From: Geopsychrobacteraceae bacterium
GTDB lineage: Bacteria > Desulfobacterota > Desulfuromonadia > Desulfuromonadales > Geopsychrobacteraceae
Length of the DNA stretch: 64,000 bases
Reading direction: 5' to 3'
NCBI GenBank assembly: GCA_963676795.2
Contig: CAXXTB010000002.1
Coordinates: forward strand, 1,056,001-1,120,000
Below, one piece after another: positions 42,687 to 54,215 of this stretch. How positions within the stretch are numbered: the first letter of the stretch is position 1; the number at the start of each line of letters is the position of its first letter. The notes under the pieces are model-generated. The model saw nothing but the letters and a program-made list of their open reading frames with translations. It made no database searches and was not told the origin of the DNA. The position numbers and the translations under genes are program-made.

Positions 42687-44126
42687 GTGTCTACTTTCAG
42701 TGACTTTAAAGTTAAAGATCTCTCTCTGGCTCTCTGGGGACGTAAGGAAATCGAACTTGCCCAGGTTGAAATGCCTGGCCTGATGGCTCTGCGTGAAGAA
42801 TATGCTGGTGAATTCCCGCTCAAAGGCGCCCGGATTTCAGGCTCCCTGCATATGACCATTCAGACCGCGGTGCTGATTGAGACCCTGGTCGAGCTTGGTG
42901 CCCGTGTGCGCTGGTGCTCCTGTAATATTTTCTCGACTCAGGATCACGCCGCTGCCGCTGTCGCTGTCGGTCCCAAGGGAACCGTCGACAATCCACAGGG
43001 TGTTCCGGTCTTTGCCTGGAAGGGTGAAAACCTTAAGGAATACTGGTGGTGTACCGAGCAGACCCTGGTCTGGCCTGATGGTGAGTTGCCGAACATGATT
43101 CTCGACGATGGCGGCGATGCGACCATGTTCGTTCTCAAGGGGAGCGAGTGGGAGAAGGCTGGCGTACCTGAGGTTTCCGAAAACGATCCTGAAGATTGGC
43201 GTGAGCTTGTCGCGGCACTGAAGAAATCGATCGGTGAGGGTTCCAGTCTCTGGAGTCAGACTGCCGCCTCGATCAAGGGCGTGACTGAGGAGACCACCAC
43301 CGGTGTCCACCGTCTCTATCAGATGGCGGCAGAAGGAACCCTGAAATTCCCGGCCATGAACGTCAACGACTCGGTCACCAAGTCGAAGTTCGATAACGTC
43401 TATGGCTGCCGTCACTCGCTGGTTGACGGCATTATGCGCGCGACCGACGTCATGCTTTCCGGTAAGGTTGCTGTTGTCTGCGGCTATGGTGATGTCGGTA
43501 AGGGCTGTTGCCAGTCGCTGCGTGGTCAGGGTGCCCGTGTCATTGTCACCGAGATCGATCCGATCTGTGCGCTTCAGGCCCTGATGGAAGGCTATGAGGT
43601 CAAACGGGTTGAAGATGTTCTGGACTATGCCGATATCTACGTCACCACCACCGGCAACATGAACGTCATCACCCTGGAGCACATGCGTCAGATGAAGAAC
43701 AACGCCATTGTCGGTAATATCGGTCACTTCGATAATGAGATCGAAATGGCAGCGATGGAGAAGGATGCAACCGTCAAGTGCGAAAACATCAAACCGCAGG
43801 TTGATCGCTGGATCTTTGAGGACGGCCACGGTGTTATCGTTCTGGCTGAAGGACGCCTGCTCAACCTGGGCTGTGCGACCGGGCATCCGAGCTTCGTCAT
43901 GTCCAATTCCTTCACCAATCAGGTCATGGCGCAGATCGAGCTCTACAACAACGCCGGTAACTACGAGAACAAGGTCTATGTTCTGCCTAAGGCGCTGGAT
44001 GAAAAGGTAGCCAGGCTGCACCTCGACAAGCTGGGGGCAAAGCTCACCGTATTGACCGACGAGCAGTCCAGGTATCTCGGAATCCCGGTATCCGGACCGT
44101 ACAAACCGGATACCTATCGCTATTAA
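42687..44126 (+). CDS. ahcY: Adenosylhomocysteinase
   Basis: [69 protein letters not shown] start with AAGGAG. Confidence 0.97.
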   Translation: MSTFSDFKVKDLSLALWGRKEIELAQVEMPGLMALREEYAGEFPLKGARISGSLHMTIQTAVLIETLVELGARVRWCSCNIFSTQDHAAAAVAVGPKGTVDNPQGVPVFAWKGENLKEYWWCTEQTLVWPDGELPNMILDDGGDATMFVLKGSEWEKAGVPEVSENDPEDWRELVAALKKSIGEGSSLWSQTAASIKGVTEETTTGVHRLYQMAAEGTLKFPAMNVNDSVTKSKFDNVYGCRHSLVDGIMRATDVMLSGKVAVVCGYGDVGKGCCQSLRGQGARVIVTEIDPICALQALMEGYEVKRVEDVLDYADIYVTTTGNMNVITLEHMRQMKNNAIVGNIGHFDNEIEMAAMEKDATVKCENIKPQVDRWIFEDGHGVIVLAEGRLLNLGCATGHPSFVMSNSFTNQVMAQIELYNNAGNYENKVYVLPKALDEKVARLHLDKLGAKLTVLTDEQSRYLGIPVSGPYKPDTYRY

Positions 44127-44145
44127 GCCAGGTAATTCTGGACAG

Positions 44146-44181
44146 AAAAAAGCCCTCTGTGCTTGACACAGGGGGCTTTTT
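44146..44181. terminator. Bidirectional terminator after ahcY
   Basis: AAAAAAGCCCTCTGTG...CACAGGGGGCTTTTT. Confidence 0.85.
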
Positions 44182-44211
44182 ATTTGCCCAGTTCAGGGCT
44201 CTTTTGGACGG

Positions 44212-46371
44212 TTATTGGGATTTGAAGTCGAAAATTGTCTGATGCAGCTCTGTCAACTGGAAGGGCTTCTGGAGAAAACCGACGGTTCCTTTGCCGATGA
44301 ATTTCTGCGAGATTTCCGCTTCGCTGAAACCGCTGCAGATGATGACTTTGACATCCGGGTCGATACGGCGCAGTTCCCTAAATGCTTCATTCCCATCCAT
44401 GTGTGGCATGGTCAGATCCATGATGATCAGGGCGATCTCCTCACGTCTGGCCTGGTAGGTTCTCAGTGCATCGCGACCGTCGGTTGCGGTAACCACCTTA
44501 AGGCCAAGGGTCTCCAGCATGTTTCTGCCCAGACTGCGCATCGATTCCTCGTCATCGACGAGCAGGACTGTTCCCTTCAGGTCAAGCGGGGCCGTTGTTC
44601 TGTCTTTGTCATCAAGTGACAGTGACAGGTTCGACGCTGGAAACAGGGCTTTGATTGTTGTGCCCTTGCCGACTTCGCTGTAGATCTTGATGGCCCCACT
44701 ATGGCCGCGGATGATGCCGAGCACGGATGACATCCCCAGCCCCCGGCCGGTGAATTTTGTCGTGTAGAAGGGGTCGAATATCTTGTTGATCGTTTCCTTG
44801 TCCATGCCGCAGCCTGTGTCGGCAACTTCGAGGAAAACGTACATCCCCTCATCCAGGGTTTCATCGATCCAGGTTTCCTTGAGATAATTCTGATCGCAGT
44901 CCATGCAACCGCTTGAAATGGCGATAACCCCGCTTTTGTTGCCGATTGCGTCAGAAGCGTTGATCACCAGATTCATGATGATCTGCCTGATCTGGGTTGG
45001 GTCACCCTCAATGCTAGGCAGTTGCGGGTGCAGATCGTAGCGCAGGACTGCTTTTTTTGAGACAGAGACCGATAGCATGTGTTCCATCTCGCTGATCAGC
45101 CGTGACAGGTCCAGGGCGCCAACGACAAATGTCCCCCGTCCCGAATAGGCGAGCATCTGGTTGGACAGATCAGCGGCCCTTCTGGCGGCAAGTTTAACCT
45201 GTTCGATATGTTCACGAGCCGGGGCGCTGTCGTTCAGCTTACGTTGTGCCAGCTCGCTATGTCCGAGAATGATCATCAGGATATTGTTGAAATCGTGGGC
45301 TATGCCGCCGGCGAGGACGCCAAGGCTTTCCAGCTTCTGGGCATGGAGTATCCTCTGTTCGAGCTGCTCCTGCTTCTGTTCTATTTTCAGCCGTTCGGTG
45401 AGGTCCCTGGCCGTTGCCAGGATGTACTTTTCTCCCTGCCAGTCGAGCAGGGTGCCCTTGATTTCAACCTTGATCGTTTCACCTGATTTTTTGATGTGCT
45501 CACTCCTGAAAAACATCCAGCCATGGTTCGCCAGTTGCTGCGGAATGATCTCCTCGGCAAGACGCCTCATCTCGCCTTGTGGCGTGATCGACGCCGGTGA
45601 AAGATTGAGGAATTCATCACGGCTGTAACCGTAAATTTCTGTCGCTCTCTGGTTGACCTCGGTGAAATTGATCGAGCCGTCTGCGCAGAAGCGGTGCAGG
45701 AAGATGGCATCGCTCTGATTGTCCATCAGGGTGCGGTACTTTTTCTCGCTTTCAATCAGTTCCAGCTCGGCCTTGGATCTGGCTGACATCTCCATTTGGA
45801 GTTCCGAGATTGTCCTATTGAGTTGCAGGGAGTGCTGATGAAGTTGCTGGAGGAGGTTGCGCTTGCGCAAGTAGAGGAATGCGACAAAGGATAGCAGGGT
45901 TGTTAGCACCAGGCAGATAGCCGCAAAATAACTGCCGAGCTGAACAAGCTTCGGCCGGATGAAGCCGGTATCAACGACCAGTTTCAGTCTTGCCTGATCA
46001 GAGTCCGAAAGCGTTAGTTCCGTTGATAGCGGGTTCTGGTAGTTGGCCGGAGATGGGGTGGGGGAGAGATATTGACTGAGTATTTCGCCATCGGCTGATG
46101 TCAGGGTCACCTCGGAGATCCGGCCCAGTTTGTGTTCTCCCCAGTTCTGAATGAAATCCGCGACAGAGAGAAGGTTGCCCTCCCTAAGCTTTTTACTGAT
46201 GGTCTGGGAGAGGAATTCAAGATCTTTTCCGCCTTTCATCACGAATTCATTGGTCAGGCTGATTTTGAAAAAATTGATAGCGTGCCAGACAATCACAAGC
46301 TGGATCAGGCAGATGGCGACAAGAACTGCGAGATACTTCGGTGTTGCTGAATTTGAAATAGTTTTAAGCAT
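44212..46371 (-). CDS. Membrane-bound hybrid sensor kinase (PAS-HisKA-HATPase-REC)
   Basis: Two TMs, PAS, QKLESLGVLAGGIAHDFNNIL, NLVINASDA, DTGCGM, FDPFYTTKFTGRGLG, LLVDDE...MDLTMP receiver. Confidence 0.93.
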   Translation of the reverse strand: MLKTISNSATPKYLAVLVAICLIQLVIVWHAINFFKISLTNEFVMKGGKDLEFLSQTISKKLREGNLLSVADFIQNWGEHKLGRISEVTLTSADGEILSQYLSPTPSPANYQNPLSTELTLSDSDQARLKLVVDTGFIRPKLVQLGSYFAAICLVLTTLLSFVAFLYLRKRNLLQQLHQHSLQLNRTISELQMEMSARSKAELELIESEKKYRTLMDNQSDAIFLHRFCADGSINFTEVNQRATEIYGYSRDEFLNLSPASITPQGEMRRLAEEIIPQQLANHGWMFFRSEHIKKSGETIKVEIKGTLLDWQGEKYILATARDLTERLKIEQKQEQLEQRILHAQKLESLGVLAGGIAHDFNNILMIILGHSELAQRKLNDSAPAREHIEQVKLAARRAADLSNQMLAYSGRGTFVVGALDLSRLISEMEHMLSVSVSKKAVLRYDLHPQLPSIEGDPTQIRQIIMNLVINASDAIGNKSGVIAISSGCMDCDQNYLKETWIDETLDEGMYVFLEVADTGCGMDKETINKIFDPFYTTKFTGRGLGMSSVLGIIRGHSGAIKIYSEVGKGTTIKALFPASNLSLSLDDKDRTTAPLDLKGTVLLVDDEESMRSLGRNMLETLGLKVVTATDGRDALRTYQARREEIALIIMDLTMPHMDGNEAFRELRRIDPDVKVIICSGFSEAEISQKFIGKGTVGFLQKPFQLTELHQTIFDFKSQ

Positions 46372-46647
46372 GTCTTCGGGTCCGGCAATTCAGGGTCGTT
46401 GTCATCAGCATCGTTGTTCAGGCGATGTTGATGAGAAATTTTATGCTGATAGTTGTCGATGTGCTGAATCGAAGGAACTACAGAAAGCTTGAAACCTTCC
46501 CTCCAGGATATGGCTTCAAGCAGTAAGTCTCACGGAACGTTATTACCGATGTGCAATAAAGTAAAGTTGTTTCAAGGGGATGATTGTCCGGAGGGTGAAA
46601 AAACGGCCATAGTGTATCGCAGCACGGATAACGGGAAGCTTGAACTG

Positions 46648-47730
46648 CTATTCTCTGACGTTGAGCTGCAGCCAGATCGCCAGGAGCAGGAAGATGATGT
46701 TAGCTGCCCAGGCGGCGATGAGCGGCGGGAGGGCGCCCGCATAGCCGAATGAACTGATAATCGACTGAACGATGAAGTAAACTGCGCCTACGGCAACGCT
46801 CAGACCTATACCAAGGGCTATATTGCTGCCGCGGCCGCGTTGCAGGGCGAAGGGGACGCCGAGGAGGCCCATGATCAGGCAGGTGAAAGGCATAGCCAGG
46901 CGGTTATGCATGTCGACTCTCTGCCGGGTCGCACTGTACCCTTCCTTCTCGAGCTTGTTGACCAGTTCGCGGAGCTGGGAAAAGGTGAGTTCCGTGCTGG
47001 TATCCTGATGGCCGGCGAGCTCCTCCGGTTTTTTACTGAGTGGAACAGGCTCATTTTTCAGGAGATCGACAGACAGGATATCGGCATTTATCGGAGAAAA
47101 GGTGCGGATTGTCATCTCGGGAGCAATCCAGCTGTCCTGCTGGAAGATGCAGCGGGGGGCATCGAGCCGTTCAATAATCTGTTCCTGGTCGTTGAACCTG
47201 AGGATGGTCAGTCCCTGGATCTGCTGTTTTGCCAGGTTCGCTGTGACGATGTTGATGATTCGGTCATCCTGACGATACCAGATCTCGCTGTTGACCAGCG
47301 CCAGGGAGCTCCTGCCTTTCAGTTTATAGTTCATCAGTTCGTTCAGTTGACGGGCGCTGGCCGGACAGATGTATTCGCTCAAAAGAAAGATCAGGACTGT
47401 ACAGGCCAGTGCCGAAATGACCAGGGGCCTGACGATGCGCCAAAGGCTGATACCGCAAGCTCTCATTGCAGTTGATTCGTTGGTCCGGCCAAAACCGCCG
47501 ATGGTCAGAACCGTCGCTGTCAGGACGGCCAATGGAAATACCTGGACCAGGATCGGTGGAATGCTGTTGATCAGATAGTTGAAATAATCACCGGTGGTCG
47601 CGTGGTTGTTGATGAAATCGACAACCTGTTCGAACAGATTGACCAGCAGGTAGATGCCGGTGAAGGTTGCCAGGCAGAGCCCGAGAATGCGCAGGAAATG
47701 GCGAAGGATGTAGCGGGAAATCAGTGTCAC
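46648..47730 (-). CDS. lptG: LPS export ABC transporter permease LptG
   Basis: ISRYILRHF, NESTAMRACGISLWRI, LPPLIAAWAANIIF; paired with lptF. Confidence 0.88.
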   Translation of the reverse strand: MTLISRYILRHFLRILGLCLATFTGIYLLVNLFEQVVDFINNHATTGDYFNYLINSIPPILVQVFPLAVLTATVLTIGGFGRTNESTAMRACGISLWRIVRPLVISALACTVLIFLLSEYICPASARQLNELMNYKLKGRSSLALVNSEIWYRQDDRIINIVTANLAKQQIQGLTILRFNDQEQIIERLDAPRCIFQQDSWIAPEMTIRTFSPINADILSVDLLKNEPVPLSKKPEELAGHQDTSTELTFSQLRELVNKLEKEGYSATRQRVDMHNRLAMPFTCLIMGLLGVPFALQRGRGSNIALGIGLSVAVGAVYFIVQSIISSFGYAGALPPLIAAWAANIIFLLLAIWLQLNVRE

Positions 47731-48899
47731 GGGCGGGGCCTTGTGCGAGCGAGTTTTTCTTTGAGGGCCGTCGGCCAGCTCAGGAATGCGAGTGGTTTTT
47801 CATTGGCTGTACAGTAAACGAAATAAATCCCTCCGACGAAGAACAGCAGGTTCGGCAGCCAGTAGATAAGCGAAGCGTGAATCAGTCCTTTCTGGGCAAG
47901 TGCGCCAGCGATGCTCAGCAGCACGTAATAGACCAGGAAGACAACCAGAGCCATGGCGAACCCGGCCCCCTTGCCTGAACGTTGGCTCTGCAGGCCGAGT
48001 GGCGCTCCCACCAGGACCAGGGCCAGGGGGGCGAAAGCAATGACGATACGTTGATAAAACAGGGCTTCCAGTTTCAGCCTGTCTTTTTTTGAAGGGTTCT
48101 GGTGCAGAATTGTCTGTATTTCATGCCAGGACAGTTCGATATCCTTTTTGGACGCAGGCTTTTTACCGGTCAGTTGGGATTGGATATCGATGTTGATATC
48201 ATAGTTGGCAAACCTGATAGTCTGGTACAGGTTGTCTCCCGGCGGCGTTCTGTGAATGCTGCCGTCTCGCAGGCGCAGGACAAGCTTTTGGTTGCTGTGG
48301 TCCGCCAGCAGGGTTCCTGTGGCCGCGGTAATCAGGGCGGGGGCCTCTCCGTCTCTCTCGTCTGCCAGGAAGACGGAACTCATGGTGTTGGTCTGATCGT
48401 CAACGCTTTTGGTGTAGAGGGTAATGCCAGGCAGGTCGTCATAGAAGATGTCCGGTCTGATGTCGAAGCTTGCGCTGCTGGAAACAACCTCAAAGACTTT
48501 GGCCCGGAATGCTGTCTGGCTGGCCGGTTCGACGATCGTGGTAATAAGTCCGGTCAGTACGCTGAACAGAATCGCCAGCAGAAAGACCGGTGCAATCAGG
48601 GTGTAGAGGCTGACGCCGGTCGATTTCAGGGCGATGAATTCGCTATCGGAAGAGAGTCTGCCGAACGCGAGGAGGATCCCGAGCAGAAAGGCGAGCGGGA
48701 AGGTGATAATGAAGAATGTCGGCATCAGGTAGAGAAACAGCGTGAGGATGTCGCCCAGAGGGATCCCTTTGTTGACGACCAGCTCCATCAGCCGGGGGAG
48801 CCGGCCCATCAGCAGGATAAAGGTGAATATCACCAGGCTGAGAAAGGCCGGGACGCAGTTTTCTCGAATAATATATTTGTGGATACGAGTATGTGACAT
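47727..48899 (-). CDS. lptF: LPS export ABC transporter permease LptF
   Basis: IHKYIIRE, GRLSSDSEFIALKSTGVS, LRDGSIHR, SQRSGKGAGF. Confidence 0.88.
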   Translation of the reverse strand: MSHTRIHKYIIRENCVPAFLSLVIFTFILLMGRLPRLMELVVNKGIPLGDILTLFLYLMPTFFIITFPLAFLLGILLAFGRLSSDSEFIALKSTGVSLYTLIAPVFLLAILFSVLTGLITTIVEPASQTAFRAKVFEVVSSSASFDIRPDIFYDDLPGITLYTKSVDDQTNTMSSVFLADERDGEAPALITAATGTLLADHSNQKLVLRLRDGSIHRTPPGDNLYQTIRFANYDINIDIQSQLTGKKPASKKDIELSWHEIQTILHQNPSKKDRLKLEALFYQRIVIAFAPLALVLVGAPLGLQSQRSGKGAGFAMALVVFLVYYVLLSIAGALAQKGLIHASLIYWLPNLLFFVGGIYFVYCTANEKPLAFLSWPTALKEKLARTRPRP

Positions 48900-49044
48900 A
48901 GCCGCGCCATACTATTACACCGACCGTGGATCTGTAAATAATCATTCTTCGCTCTGGCCGATTCCGGGTCGGTTTAGAGTTCATGCGGCTGAGATTTTTT
49001 CTTGCCTGCGGCAGCCGGGAGTGTTATACATCCGCAGTTATTCA

Positions 49045-49126
49045 TTTCGCACGTTGCGGGATTTGTCCGGAAGGTTCCTGTTCTTACAATGATTGGGGTC
49101 CGGTCAGAATTGAACGCAGCGGAGGA
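49045..49126 (+). ncRNA. rpsB leader (S2 autoregulatory / t44-like element)
   Basis: Structured 5' UTR CGCAC-GTTGCG...CGCAGC-GGAGG with an internal GGGGT, downstream of TTGCCT-N17-TATACA. Confidence 0.6.
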
Positions 49127-49153
49127 AAAAAACCAGTTAAGGAGAAAACAAAA

Positions 49154-49936
49154 ATGGCACAAATCTCAATGAAGCAAATGCTCGAAGCCGGTGTTCACTT
49201 CGGACACCAGACCAAACGCTGGAACCCGAAAATGAAACCGTACATTTTCGGTGCACGTAACGGTATCTATATCGTTGACCTGCAGAAAACCGTTCGTTAC
49301 TTCAAATCCGCCTATGAATTCATTCAGGAGACTGTCGCGAAGGGTGAGAAGGTTCTTTTCGTCGGAACCAAGAAGCAGGCTCAGGATGCTATCAAGGAAG
49401 AGGCGCTGCGTGCCGATCAGTATTTCGTCAACAACCGCTGGTTGGGTGGCATGCTGACTAACTTCTCTACCATCAAGGCGAGCATCGAGCGCCTGAAGAA
49501 GATCGAAGCGATGGCAGCTGACGGGACTCTCGAGCAGTACACCAAAAAAGAGGCTCTGCAACTTGAGCGTGAGCGCGAAAAGCTGGAGAAAAACCTCGGT
49601 GGTATCAAAAATATGACCAAGCTGCCGGGCGCAATCTTCATCATCGATCCGAAGAAAGAAGCGATTGCCGTTCAGGAAGCCAATAAACTGGGTATCCCTG
49701 TTGTTGCTGTCGTTGATACCAACTGTGACCCCGACAACATCGATTTCGTCATTCCAGGCAATGACGATGCGATCCGCGCGATCCGTCTGTTCGCCTCCAA
49801 GATGGCTGAAGCCTGTGTTGAAGGCGGTCAGCGCCGTAAAGACAACCAGCAGATTGCCGCTGAAGGGAAGGACGACGCTGCTGCTGTCGCAGAAGCCCCT
49901 GTTGCCGAGGACGTTGTCGCTGCAGACGCAGAGTAA
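49154..49936 (+). CDS. rpsB: 30S ribosomal protein S2
   Basis: [39 protein letters not shown]. Confidence 0.98.
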   Translation: MAQISMKQMLEAGVHFGHQTKRWNPKMKPYIFGARNGIYIVDLQKTVRYFKSAYEFIQETVAKGEKVLFVGTKKQAQDAIKEEALRADQYFVNNRWLGGMLTNFSTIKASIERLKKIEAMAADGTLEQYTKKEALQLEREREKLEKNLGGIKNMTKLPGAIFIIDPKKEAIAVQEANKLGIPVVAVVDTNCDPDNIDFVIPGNDDAIRAIRLFASKMAEACVEGGQRRKDNQQIAAEGKDDAAAVAEAPVAEDVVAADAE

Positions 49937-50058
49937 CAAAGCTCAGAATTGTAAATAAATCAAGTAGTGGCCCAGCGGCCGGGCTTTATGGTCCGGCCGT
50001 TGCTTTGTCAGGGAAAACGCGGCCTTCATGCCGCATGAATATCGTGGAGGATAGAATC

Positions 50059-50967
50059 GTGAGTATTACAGCAGCAATGGTTTCCGAATTGCGTAAGAAG
50101 ACTGGCGCAGGAATGATGGATTGTAAAAAGGCTCTGAATGAAACCGGCGGCAATATGGATGAAGCTGTCGATTTTCTGCGTAAAAAAGGCCTTGCCGCAG
50201 CAGCCAAAAAGTCCGGCCGTGTCGCTGCGGAAGGTTCTGTCGCAGTCGCTTCCGAAGGAACTGTCGGCGTTGTTGTCGAAATCAACGCAGAGACCGATTT
50301 CGTCGCCAAAAACGATGCTTTCCAGTCCTTTGTCGGTGGCGTAACCGAAGTTGTTCTGAAAAACGAAATTGCTGATGTTGAGGCTCTCAAGGCTCTCGCT
50401 TTCCCGGGAACCGGCCGTAATGTTGAAGAAGAGCTGACTCATCAGATCGCAACCATCGGCGAAAACATGAGCCTGCGTCGTTTTGCCCGCGTTGATGCCG
50501 GCGAAGGTGTTGTTGCTTCCTACGTTCATGGTGCCGGTAAGATCGGCGTTCTGGTTGAGCTGCAAACCGCTTCTGCTGATGAGCGTGTTGTCGAGCTTGG
50601 CAAGCAGATTGCGATGCACGTTGCTGCTGCAGCTCCTCAGTACCTTGTGCGTGATGAGGTTCCTGCCGACATCGTCGACAAGGAAAAAGAGATCATGCGC
50701 GTCAAGGCGATCGAAAGTGGCAAGCCAGAGAATATCGTCGACAAAATCATCCTCGGCCAGATCAACAAGTATTACGGCGAGGTCTGTCTGCTTGAGCAGG
50801 CGTTTGTTATCGATCCTGATCAGAAAGTCGGCAAGGTTGTCGAAGCACTTGGCAAGGAACTTGGTACTCCCATCAAGCTGAACAGCTTTGTCCGTTATCA
50901 GCTTGGTGAAGGTATTGAAAAAGAAGAAGGTGATTTCGCTGCAGAAGTTGCTGCCCTTAGCAAGTAA
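50059..50967 (+). CDS. tsf: Elongation factor Ts
   Basis: VSELRKKTGAGMMDCKKAL, EINAETDFVAKN; GTG start. Confidence 0.98.
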   Translation: MSITAAMVSELRKKTGAGMMDCKKALNETGGNMDEAVDFLRKKGLAAAAKKSGRVAAEGSVAVASEGTVGVVVEINAETDFVAKNDAFQSFVGGVTEVVLKNEIADVEALKALAFPGTGRNVEEELTHQIATIGENMSLRRFARVDAGEGVVASYVHGAGKIGVLVELQTASADERVVELGKQIAMHVAAAAPQYLVRDEVPADIVDKEKEIMRVKAIESGKPENIVDKIILGQINKYYGEVCLLEQAFVIDPDQKVGKVVEALGKELGTPIKLNSFVRYQLGEGIEKEEGDFAAEVAALSK

Positions 50968-50975
50968 ATCTCTGA

Positions 50976-51718
<743 letters not shown>

Positions 51719-51719
<1 letters not shown>

Positions 51720-52276
51720 TGGTTAATGAAATTTTAGACGAAGCGCGCGAGTCGATGGATAAGGCTGTCGGCGCTCTTAAAAAGGAAATGACCAAGGTTC
51801 GTACCGGCCGGGCAAGCACCAATCTGCTGGATGATGTCAGGGTCGAATACTATGGCGTACCGACACCGCTCAGTCAGGTCGCAACACTTTCAGCCCCGGA
51901 GCCGCGTCTTCTCACGGTCCAGCCGTGGGAGAAAAACCTGCTTCCGGAGATTGAAAAAGCGCTGTTCAAGGCTGATCTTGGCCTGACCCCCTCTTCTGAT
52001 GGTACTCTGATCAGGCTGCCGGTTCCGGCGCTGACCGAAGAGCGTCGCCGCGAGATGGTCAAGATTATCAAGCGCATGGCTGAAGATGCCAAGGTCTCTG
52101 TGCGGAATAGCCGCCGAGATGCCAATGAAAATCTGAAGATGCTGGAAAAAGAGAAAGAAATTACCGAAGATGAGCTTAAGCGAAGTGAAAAAGATGTACA
52201 GCAATTGACTGACGAATTCATCAGCACAATCGATGCTGTTGTGCAGAAAAAAGAACGAGAAGTCATGGAAATCTAA
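51719..52276 (+). CDS. frr: Ribosome recycling factor
   Basis: [37 protein letters not shown]. Confidence 0.98.
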
Positions 52277-52310
52277 GCGACGTCTGTCGCGCATTATAAG
52301 GAGATCAATT

Positions 52311-52475
52311 ATGGCTTTGAAAATTACAGACGAGTGTATCGGTTGTGGGACCTGTGTCGATACCTGTCCGGTCAGCGCAATTGTCGAGTCGGGTGATATC
52401 TATAAAATTACCGATGAGTGTACTGAGTGTCGCAGTTGCGTCGACAGTTGCCCCGTGAATGCGATTGTTGACTGA
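52311..52475 (+). CDS. 2[4Fe-4S] ferredoxin, 54 aa
   Basis: CIGCGTCVDTCP and CTECRSCVDSCP; AAGGAG RBS. Confidence 0.93.
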   Translation: MALKITDECIGCGTCVDTCPVSAIVESGDIYKITDECTECRSCVDSCPVNAIVD

Positions 52476-52497
52476 TATTTTCTGACCACTGATCCGC

Positions 52498-52530
52498 AAA
52501 GGGCGTTTTTTAATAAAACGCCCTTTTTTT
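52498..52530 (+). terminator. Intrinsic terminator after the ferredoxin
   Basis: AAAGGGCGTTTT...AAAACGCCCTTTTTTT. Confidence 0.88.
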
Positions 52531-52646
52531 ATTGGCTTGTCCGTGCTCTGCAGTTTGGATGAGGATTAACGAGAATGTCAAATCTTGAGTCGCCGTTAGA
52601 AACATGCTAGGTTTCCGGCTTGCGAAAAAAATATTGGACGTCTGGA

Positions 52647-53411
52647 ATGGTAACTGAGATTAACACAGATAAAAACAGAGTAGTGAGGCATCTGGCGATC
52701 ATCATGGATGGCAACGGACGTTGGGCTAAAAACCGGGGTCTGGAGCGTATTGCGGGGCACCAGCGCGGTGTTGATTCTGTGACTGCCGTTGTCGAAGAAT
52801 GTCTCAAGCAGGGGATACGTTACCTAAGCCTTTATGCCTTCAGTTCTGAAAATTGGGGACGACCTCAGGATGAGGTCAATGCCTTGATGGAATTGCTGCT
52901 GCATTTCGTCAGACTGCAGCGTGACAAGATGCTGGAGAACGGAATTCGTCTCAAGGTCATCGGCGATGTGTCGAAGCTCAGTTGCCCCGTTCGCGATGCT
53001 CTGGAAGAAACCATGGCTGCAACCTCTGCAGGGGAGTGTCTGACCCTGACTCTGGCCCTGTCCTATGGCGGGCGGGATGAAATTGTTCGCGCACTGAAAA
53101 AAATGGCGGTTGAACTCTGTCAGGGGGAGCTTTCCATCGATGCCTTAAGCTCTGAGTTGCTCTGCGGATATCTGGACACCGCCGATCTTCCCGATCCGGA
53201 CCTTCTGATCCGGACTGGTGGAGAAAAGAGGATCAGCAACTTTCTGCTCTGGCAATCCGCCTATACCGAACTCTATTTTACCGACGTACAATGGCCCGAT
53301 TTTAATGCCGATGAGCTGAGCAAAGCTCTGCAGGACTTTCGGCAAAGAAATCGCCGTTTCGGCCTGATCGATGAACAGCTGACGTCCGAACAAAAGGAGA
53401 AATGCCATTAA
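52647..53411 (+). CDS. uppS: Undecaprenyl diphosphate synthase
   Basis: HLAIIMDGNGRWA, YAFSSENWGRP, SYGGRDEI, DLLIRTGGEKRISNFLLWQ. Confidence 0.96.
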   Translation: MVTEINTDKNRVVRHLAIIMDGNGRWAKNRGLERIAGHQRGVDSVTAVVEECLKQGIRYLSLYAFSSENWGRPQDEVNALMELLLHFVRLQRDKMLENGIRLKVIGDVSKLSCPVRDALEETMAATSAGECLTLTLALSYGGRDEIVRALKKMAVELCQGELSIDALSSELLCGYLDTADLPDPDLLIRTGGEKRISNFLLWQSAYTELYFTDVQWPDFNADELSKALQDFRQRNRRFGLIDEQLTSEQKEKCH

Positions 53412-54207
53412 ACAACGTATTCTGACAGCAGCCGTTGCCGTACCGCTGCTGATACTTCTGGTTGTTTTTGGTTCGCCACTGATTTTTGCAGCGGTTGTCG
53501 CCGTGGCGCTGTTTCTTGGTCAGCTTGAATTCAATCGCATGTCTCTGGGGGCGGCACAGCAGCTGCCGCAGATCGTCGCTGCGCTTGCCGGAACAACCAT
53601 TGTTCCGCTGCTCTACTTTCATCAGCAGGCTCTGCTTCTTCCCTGGGCTGTCTGTATCTTTTTGCTGCTGGCCCTGGTTTTTCTCTATCGGTTCAAAACC
53701 CTGACAGGGATTCATAACCAGTTCGGCTGGATCTGTCTCGGTCTGTTTTATCTGCCCGTTCTTTTCGGTCATTTGCTGTTGCTGCGCTTGGAGCCCTTCG
53801 GGCGGCAGTGGATTTTTCTGACCATGATGACGGTCATGTTCTGCGATTCTTTTGCCTATTTTGTCGGGCGCAAAATCGGACGTCACAAGCTCTACCCCTC
53901 GGTGAGCCCGAACAAGAGCGTTGAGGGCGGTATCGCCGGTCTGGTTGGTTCGGTCATTGCGGTGTTTATCGCCAAGGCTCTGTTTCTTCCTCAGATCGGC
54001 TGGCTGGACGGTTTAATCATGGGAGTAATCGTCAGTCTGCTCGGACAGTCAGGGGATCTGTTTGAGTCGCTCCTCAAGCGCGCCTGCGGTGTCAAGGATT
54101 CTGGCACCATGATTCCTGGCCACGGTGGTCTGCTCGACCGTCTCGATAGTCTTCTGTTTGCCTTCCCGGTGATGTACTACATTGTCAAATACGGTTACGG
54201 AGGCTGA
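53407..54207 (+). CDS. cdsA: Phosphatidate cytidylyltransferase, probable ATT start
   Basis: DSFAYFVG, SPNKSVEG, GDLFESLLKR..GVKDSG..IPGHGGLLDRLDS; frame extends to ATT-AAA-CAA-CGT-ATT-CTG-ACA (xKQRILTA) 7 nt after AAGGAG. Confidence 0.92.
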   Translation: MKQRILTAAVAVPLLILLVVFGSPLIFAAVVAVALFLGQLEFNRMSLGAAQQLPQIVAALAGTTIVPLLYFHQQALLLPWAVCIFLLLALVFLYRFKTLTGIHNQFGWICLGLFYLPVLFGHLLLLRLEPFGRQWIFLTMMTVMFCDSFAYFVGRKIGRHKLYPSVSPNKSVEGGIAGLVGSVIAVFIAKALFLPQIGWLDGLIMGVIVSLLGQSGDLFESLLKRACGVKDSGTMIPGHGGLLDRLDSLLFAFPVMYYIVKYGYGG

Positions 54208-54215
54208 GCCGTCGT

